A stretch of DNA of 64,000 nucleotides from Novosphingobium sp. (GTDB taxonomy: Bacteria; Pseudomonadota; Alphaproteobacteria; Sphingomonadales; Sphingomonadaceae), in the NCBI GenBank assembly GCA_031422595.1, contig JANPMA010000299.1, positions 3,003 through 67,002 of the forward strand. The letters run 5' to 3'. Each line of letters begins with the position of its first letter. Position 1 is the stretch's first letter. Below are positions 60,345-64,000 of the stretch, piece after piece. The notes beneath the pieces are model-generated. The model worked only from the letters and a program-made list of their open reading frames with translations, made no database searches and was not told the origin of the DNA. The position numbers and the translations under genes were made by a program.

Positions 60345-60865
60345 CCCACCTGACCCTGCGCCCTGCCAATCCCGCCGATGTCCCCGCACTGTCGGCGCTG
60401 GCAATCGAGAGCTTCATCGCCAAGTTCGGCCCGCTCTACAATGCGCAGGACCTCGCGACTTTTCTGGCCGAGAACCTGGACGAAGGCCCGATTGCCGCCG
60501 AATTGGCCAAGAGCGGCCGCGTCTACCGGTTGGCCGAAGCCGATGGACGGCTGGTCGGCTTTTGCAAGATCGGCCTGACCTGCGGCTTTCCCGAACATGC
60601 CCGGGGCAACAAGGTGATGGAGCTCAAGCAGCTCTACACCGCCTCCGATGCCACCGGCATAGGGATCGGCGGCAAACTGATGAACTGGGCGATGGACCAA
60701 TTCGAAGCGCGCAGCGCGGACGAAGTGCAGATCTCTGTCTATGCCGGAAACGAGGGCGGGCACCGCTTCTACGAACGCTATGGCTTTGAGAAAGTGGCCG
60801 ACATCACCTTCAAGGTCGGCGAGCAGTATGATCCGGAGTTTCTGTTCGCCAAGCTGCTCTTTTAA
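60341..60865 (+). CDS. GNAT-family N-acetyltransferase
   Basis: The ATG overlaps the upstream stop (ATGA). Contains TGIGIGGKLMNWAM and RFYERYGFE. Confidence 0.75.
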   Translation: MTHLTLRPANPADVPALSALAIESFIAKFGPLYNAQDLATFLAENLDEGPIAAELAKSGRVYRLAEADGRLVGFCKIGLTCGFPEHARGNKVMELKQLYTASDATGIGIGGKLMNWAMDQFEARSADEVQISVYAGNEGGHRFYERYGFEKVADITFKVGEQYDPEFLFAKLLF

Positions 60866-60900
60866 CGCGATCTTAGCGCACAGCTGCCAACCTGCGCGGC

Positions 60901-62202
60901 ATGAGTGACCCTGCAGCCGAGCCCTTGAATCGCTATCTGCAAGCCGAAGCCGCGCTGACCGGAGATGATGGGCTTACGCCAATCGACCGGATCCTCGATG
61001 CCGTGCGCAGTCATCTCGGCATGGAAATCGCCTTTGCCTCGCGGATCCACGACGGGCTGCGCGAATTCACCCATATTCGCGCTGATTGCCCCGTTCCGGT
61101 TGCACCCGGGGTGGCCGAGCCGCTGGAACAGACCTTGTGCCAGGCCGTACTGGACGGTCGCTTGCCGGCGCTGATCCACGATGCCAGCCAGCATGAAGCG
61201 GCACTGCCACTGCCCATCACCCTGGCCTTGCCGGTCGGCTCACATCTGAACGTTCCGCTGACGCTAAGCGATGGGCAAATATACGGCACCTTCTGCTGTG
61301 TCAGCCGGACCCCCGATCTCAGCCTGACCGAGCGCGACATGGCAACATTGCGCGCTTTTGCGCAACTTGCTGCCCAGCAGATCGAAAGCGAGTTGAACAG
61401 CCAGCGCAGCCGGGCCAGCGTGACCGAACGGATTGCAGCGGTTATCGCTGCCGATACGCTCACCATCCTGCATCAGCCGATCCACGATCTGCGCAGTGGC
61501 CGTGCGGTGGGGGTTGAATGCCTGGCCCGGTTTGCCGATGCCGCAGAGCGAGGCCCCGATTGCTGGTTTGCCGAGGCTGCCGCGGTTGGCCTGGGTGCGG
61601 ATCTGGAACTGCTGGCGGTTCGCGCGGCCTTGAGCACGCTGCCCCACGTCCCAGCGGATTGCTACGTCGCGGTCAATGTCTCTCCTGAAACAGTCATCAG
61701 CGGATCGCTGCGTCCGCTGGTTGCCGGTGCAAGCCGTGACCGTCTGGTGATCGAGGTGACCGAGCATGATGCGGTAAGCGACTACGAAGCACTTGCCGCC
61801 GAACTGCAGTGGCTGCGCAGCCACGCCCGGATCGCGATTGACGACGTAGGCTCGGGCTATGCCGGACTGCGCCATATCGTCGATCTGCGGCCCGATATCC
61901 TCAAGCTTGATATGAGCCTGACGCGCCACATCGATAGCGATCCGGCCCGGCGCGCACTGGCGCATGCCCTGGTCTGCTTCGCGCGCGAGATTGGCTGCAA
62001 ACTGGTAGCAGAAGGCGTGGAGACCGAAGCCGAGCGCGCCACTCTTGCCCGGTTGGAGGTGGGACTGGCGCAAGGCTATCTGTTCAGCCGCCCAATGCCG
62101 GTTGTGGCAGCCCAGCAATTGCTGCTTGGCGAACAGGAGCCTGCCCCGCTGGTGCAGCTGGCGCAGGCCGCCCCGGCTCCGCAGCTGGCCCGCCGCGCCT
62201 GA
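60901..62202 (+). CDS. GAF-EAL domain protein (putative c-di-GMP phosphodiesterase)
   Basis: The N-terminal region is GAF-like. EAL-domain motifs present: [45 protein letters not shown] and [11 protein letters not shown]. Confidence 0.8.
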   Translation: MSDPAAEPLNRYLQAEAALTGDDGLTPIDRILDAVRSHLGMEIAFASRIHDGLREFTHIRADCPVPVAPGVAEPLEQTLCQAVLDGRLPALIHDASQHEAALPLPITLALPVGSHLNVPLTLSDGQIYGTFCCVSRTPDLSLTERDMATLRAFAQLAAQQIESELNSQRSRASVTERIAAVIAADTLTILHQPIHDLRSGRAVGVECLARFADAAERGPDCWFAEAAAVGLGADLELLAVRAALSTLPHVPADCYVAVNVSPETVISGSLRPLVAGASRDRLVIEVTEHDAVSDYEALAAELQWLRSHARIAIDDVGSGYAGLRHIVDLRPDILKLDMSLTRHIDSDPARRALAHALVCFAREIGCKLVAEGVETEAERATLARLEVGLAQGYLFSRPMPVVAAQQLLLGEQEPAPLVQLAQAAPAPQLARRA

Positions 62203-62263
62203 AGGAAGCGCCTGCATAACCTCTCCATTTGCCCGCGCGGCGGCGAGTGCCTATAGGCGCTGC

Positions 62264-63400
62264 ATGTCCATTCGTCCCTGGCGCGATATCGCGCGGCGCA
62301 GATCCCGGCAGATCATGGTCGGCAAGGTCCCGGTCGGCGGCTCTGCGCCGATTACCGTCCAGACCATGACCAACACACCGACCAGCGATGCCGCGGCTAC
62401 CATCGCCCAGATCAAGCGTTGCGAGGATGCCGGGGTGGACCTGATCCGCGTGTCCTGTCCCGATCAGGCCAGCACTGCTGCGCTGGCCCAGATCGTCCGC
62501 GCCGCCGAAGTGCCGATCATTGCCGACATCCATTTCCACTACAAGCGCGCGCTCGAAGCGGCTGACGCCGGCGCGGCCTGCCTGCGGATCAATCCCGGCA
62601 ATATCGGCTCGAGCGAGCGCGTTGCCGAAGTGGTCCGCGCGGCCAAGGCCAACGGCTGCGCGATCCGCATCGGGGTCAATGCCGGCAGCCTGGAAAAGGA
62701 CCTGCTCGAGAAGTACGGCGAACCCTGCCCCGAGGCGCTGGTCGAATCGGCGCTCGATCATATCAAGCTGCTGCAGGACCACGATTTCCACGAATACAAG
62801 GTGGCGGTGAAAGCCAGCGACGTGTTCCTGGCGGTGGCGGCCTACATGCAGCTCGCCGAAACGGTCGATTGCCCGCTGCACCTGGGGATCACCGAGGCCG
62901 GCGGGCTGATCGGCGGGACGGTCAAATCGAGCATCGGGATGGGCAACCTGCTGTGGGCCGGGATCGGCGATACGATCCGCGTCTCGCTTTCGGCCGAGCC
63001 CGAAGAGGAAGTGCGGGTCGGCTATGAGATCCTCAAGAGCCTCGGCCTGCGCACGCGCGGTGTGCGCGTCGTCTCGTGCCCGAGCTGCGCGCGGCAGGGC
63101 TTTGACGTGATCCGCACGGTCGAGAAACTGGAAGACGCGCTGCAGCACATCAAGACCCCGATGAGCCTGTCGGTGCTCGGCTGCGTGGTCAACGGCCCCG
63201 GCGAAGCGCGCGAGACCGACATCGGGATCACCGGCGGCGGCCAGGGCAAGCACATGGTCTACCTCTCAGGGGTGACCGACCACCACGTGGCCGACGCCGA
63301 CATGATCGCGCACATCGTCAAACTGGTCGAAGCCAAGGCGGCCGAGATCGAGGCCGGGCAATCGGTGAGCATGGATGTGACTCACGGGAAAGCGGCTTGA
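62264..63400 (+). CDS. ispG: 4-hydroxy-3-methylbut-2-en-1-yl diphosphate synthase
   Basis: Starts [38 protein letters not shown]. Contains RINPGNIG and CPSCARQ...[11 protein letters not shown] (FeS cysteines). Confidence 0.95.
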   Translation: MSIRPWRDIARRRSRQIMVGKVPVGGSAPITVQTMTNTPTSDAAATIAQIKRCEDAGVDLIRVSCPDQASTAALAQIVRAAEVPIIADIHFHYKRALEAADAGAACLRINPGNIGSSERVAEVVRAAKANGCAIRIGVNAGSLEKDLLEKYGEPCPEALVESALDHIKLLQDHDFHEYKVAVKASDVFLAVAAYMQLAETVDCPLHLGITEAGGLIGGTVKSSIGMGNLLWAGIGDTIRVSLSAEPEEEVRVGYEILKSLGLRTRGVRVVSCPSCARQGFDVIRTVEKLEDALQHIKTPMSLSVLGCVVNGPGEARETDIGITGGGQGKHMVYLSGVTDHHVADADMIAHIVKLVEAKAAEIEAGQSVSMDVTHGKAA

Positions 63401-63705
63401 TGATTCTGGCGCTGTTGTTCCTGATTGCCGGTTCGACTGTCGAGATCGACAGCACGGCACCACACCCTATCGAAATCGAGGTTGCATCCGACAACCAACA
63501 GCAGTGCATTTTCAGGATCGAAGGGCGGACATTATCACAATCCGCGCTCAGGAAAATTCTCAAAGCAGAACGCGACAAGCAGCGCGAGATCCACATATCC
63601 AGCGCAAGCAATGCTCCGTGGCGCTGCATTGCCGGGGCAGTCTACGATGCTCAAAAATCCGGGTTCGAGACTGTTGGCTTCGTCACGACGCCGGTTTCCG
63701 AGTGA
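63397..63705 (+). CDS. Small hypothetical protein with an N-terminal TM (weak ExbD/TolR-like resemblance)
   Basis: 102 aa. The ATG overlaps the ispG stop (ATGA). Its G+C is visibly lower than that of its neighbours. The C-terminal part [33 protein letters not shown] is vaguely ExbD-like. Confidence 0.4.
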   Translation: MMILALLFLIAGSTVEIDSTAPHPIEIEVASDNQQQCIFRIEGRTLSQSALRKILKAERDKQREIHISSASNAPWRCIAGAVYDAQKSGFETVGFVTTPVSE

Positions 63706-63790
63706 TCTGGTCGATCCGGCTGGACACGTTCGCAGGCTCAATTCCAGCCTAACCCTTCGGTAACCCCATACCGCTATCCTCACCCCCGCG

Positions 63791-64000
63791 ATGCAGCGGC
63801 TCTACGCCATCTTGCTCCTGGCCGTGGGCCTGATGAGCTTTGTCGCGGTGCTGTTCCAGCCTCCCGCGGATCAGGTGGCTGTGGCAGCCGAAAGCGCCGA
63901 GGCGCAGGGCGGCAAACCGATGGCCAGCCACGATGAAAGCGATGCGCTGCTGCTCAAACGCGATGACTCCGGCCAGTTCCACTTGAACGCCAGCGTCAAT
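63791..64000 (+). CDS. Membrane-anchored retropepsin-like aspartic protease (TIGR02281-like), N-terminal part; 3' end outside the window
   Basis: ATG at 63791 opens a frame that runs to the window end. It has a TM (LYAILLLAVGLMSFVAVLF), then LLLKRDDSGQFHLNASVN, resembling the ..dGHF.v.a.vNG motif. Confidence 0.5.
   Translation, partial: MQRLYAILLLAVGLMSFVAVLFQPPADQVAVAAESAEAQGGKPMASHDESDALLLKRDDSGQFHLNASVN

Noticed and set aside
945-63253. Many very long ORFs antisense to, or out of frame with, the called genes. Examples: 945-1823(-), 4506-5897(-), 7213-8427(-), 16927-18006(-), 18877-20391(-), 22788-24335(+), 25397-27112(+), 41491-43149(+), 47015-48583(-), 50043-51446(-), 51820-53541(-), 53415-54728(-) and 62084-63253(-).
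   Set aside because: These are typical shadow ORFs of high-G+C DNA. Their translations are Arg/Ala/Gly/Pro-rich and low in complexity, with no recognisable motifs. In each case the opposite strand or another frame encodes a protein with clear family signatures.
1-64000. Looked for CRISPR arrays, rRNA genes, and intact IS elements or transposases.
   Set aside because: I saw no regularly spaced short repeats, no rRNA-like sequence and no transposase-like ORF. The only recombinase signal is the integrase remnant.

Overview
High-G+C chromosomal segment (G+C judged by eye, not computed) from an alphaproteobacterium, probably a sphingomonad-type organism. That placement is an inference from gene content: a UPF0314/DUF2585 protein, a TonB-dependent receptor and carotenoid-type genes. 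I support about 55 protein-coding genes, one tRNA-Gly(CCC), two gene remnants, and several palindromes and terminators. There is no rRNA, no CRISPR array and no intact IS element.

Left flank (1-11.4 kb): tandem MFS transporters, a TetR-controlled aromatic hydroxylation / extradiol-cleavage module, an aminotransferase, and a CruF-like membrane protein next to a 1013-aa desaturase/ADC-like fusion protein.

Centre (about 11.4-38.8 kb): I interpret this as a decayed genomic island anchored at tRNA-Gly.
- It is bounded by an imperfect direct repeat of the tRNA 3' end.
- A truncated and frameshifted integrase sits at the tRNA end, and a nuclease remnant sits at the far end.
- Its cargo is gdhA plus a 22-kb supercluster, which is the main finding.

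The supercluster contains:
- two CHASE2-sensor class III nucleotide cyclases;
- a class III cNMP phosphodiesterase;
- an 814-aa fusion of a flavoprotein, two cNMP-binding domains and a four-cluster FeS module;
- a His-rich membrane protein;
- an FHA-anchored decahaem cytochrome;
- a translationally coupled operon of pentahaem cytochrome, double-DUF336 lipoprotein, outer-membrane barrel and decahaem-LVIVD propeller;
- SH3, M48, FecR and TPR accessory genes.

I read this as a candidate cyclic-nucleotide-gated trans-envelope electron conduit. That reading is inference only.

Right flank (38.9-64 kb): an SDR/isomerase/thioesterase/monooxygenase operon, a CrtI-like desaturase, LOG, a TonB-dependent receptor, GGT, several GNATs, pheA, a conserved DUF4129-DUF4350-MoxR-DUF58-SpoIIM-RDD cluster, a GAF-EAL protein and ispG.

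All functional calls rest on motif recognition in the translated ORFs. No database search was possible.
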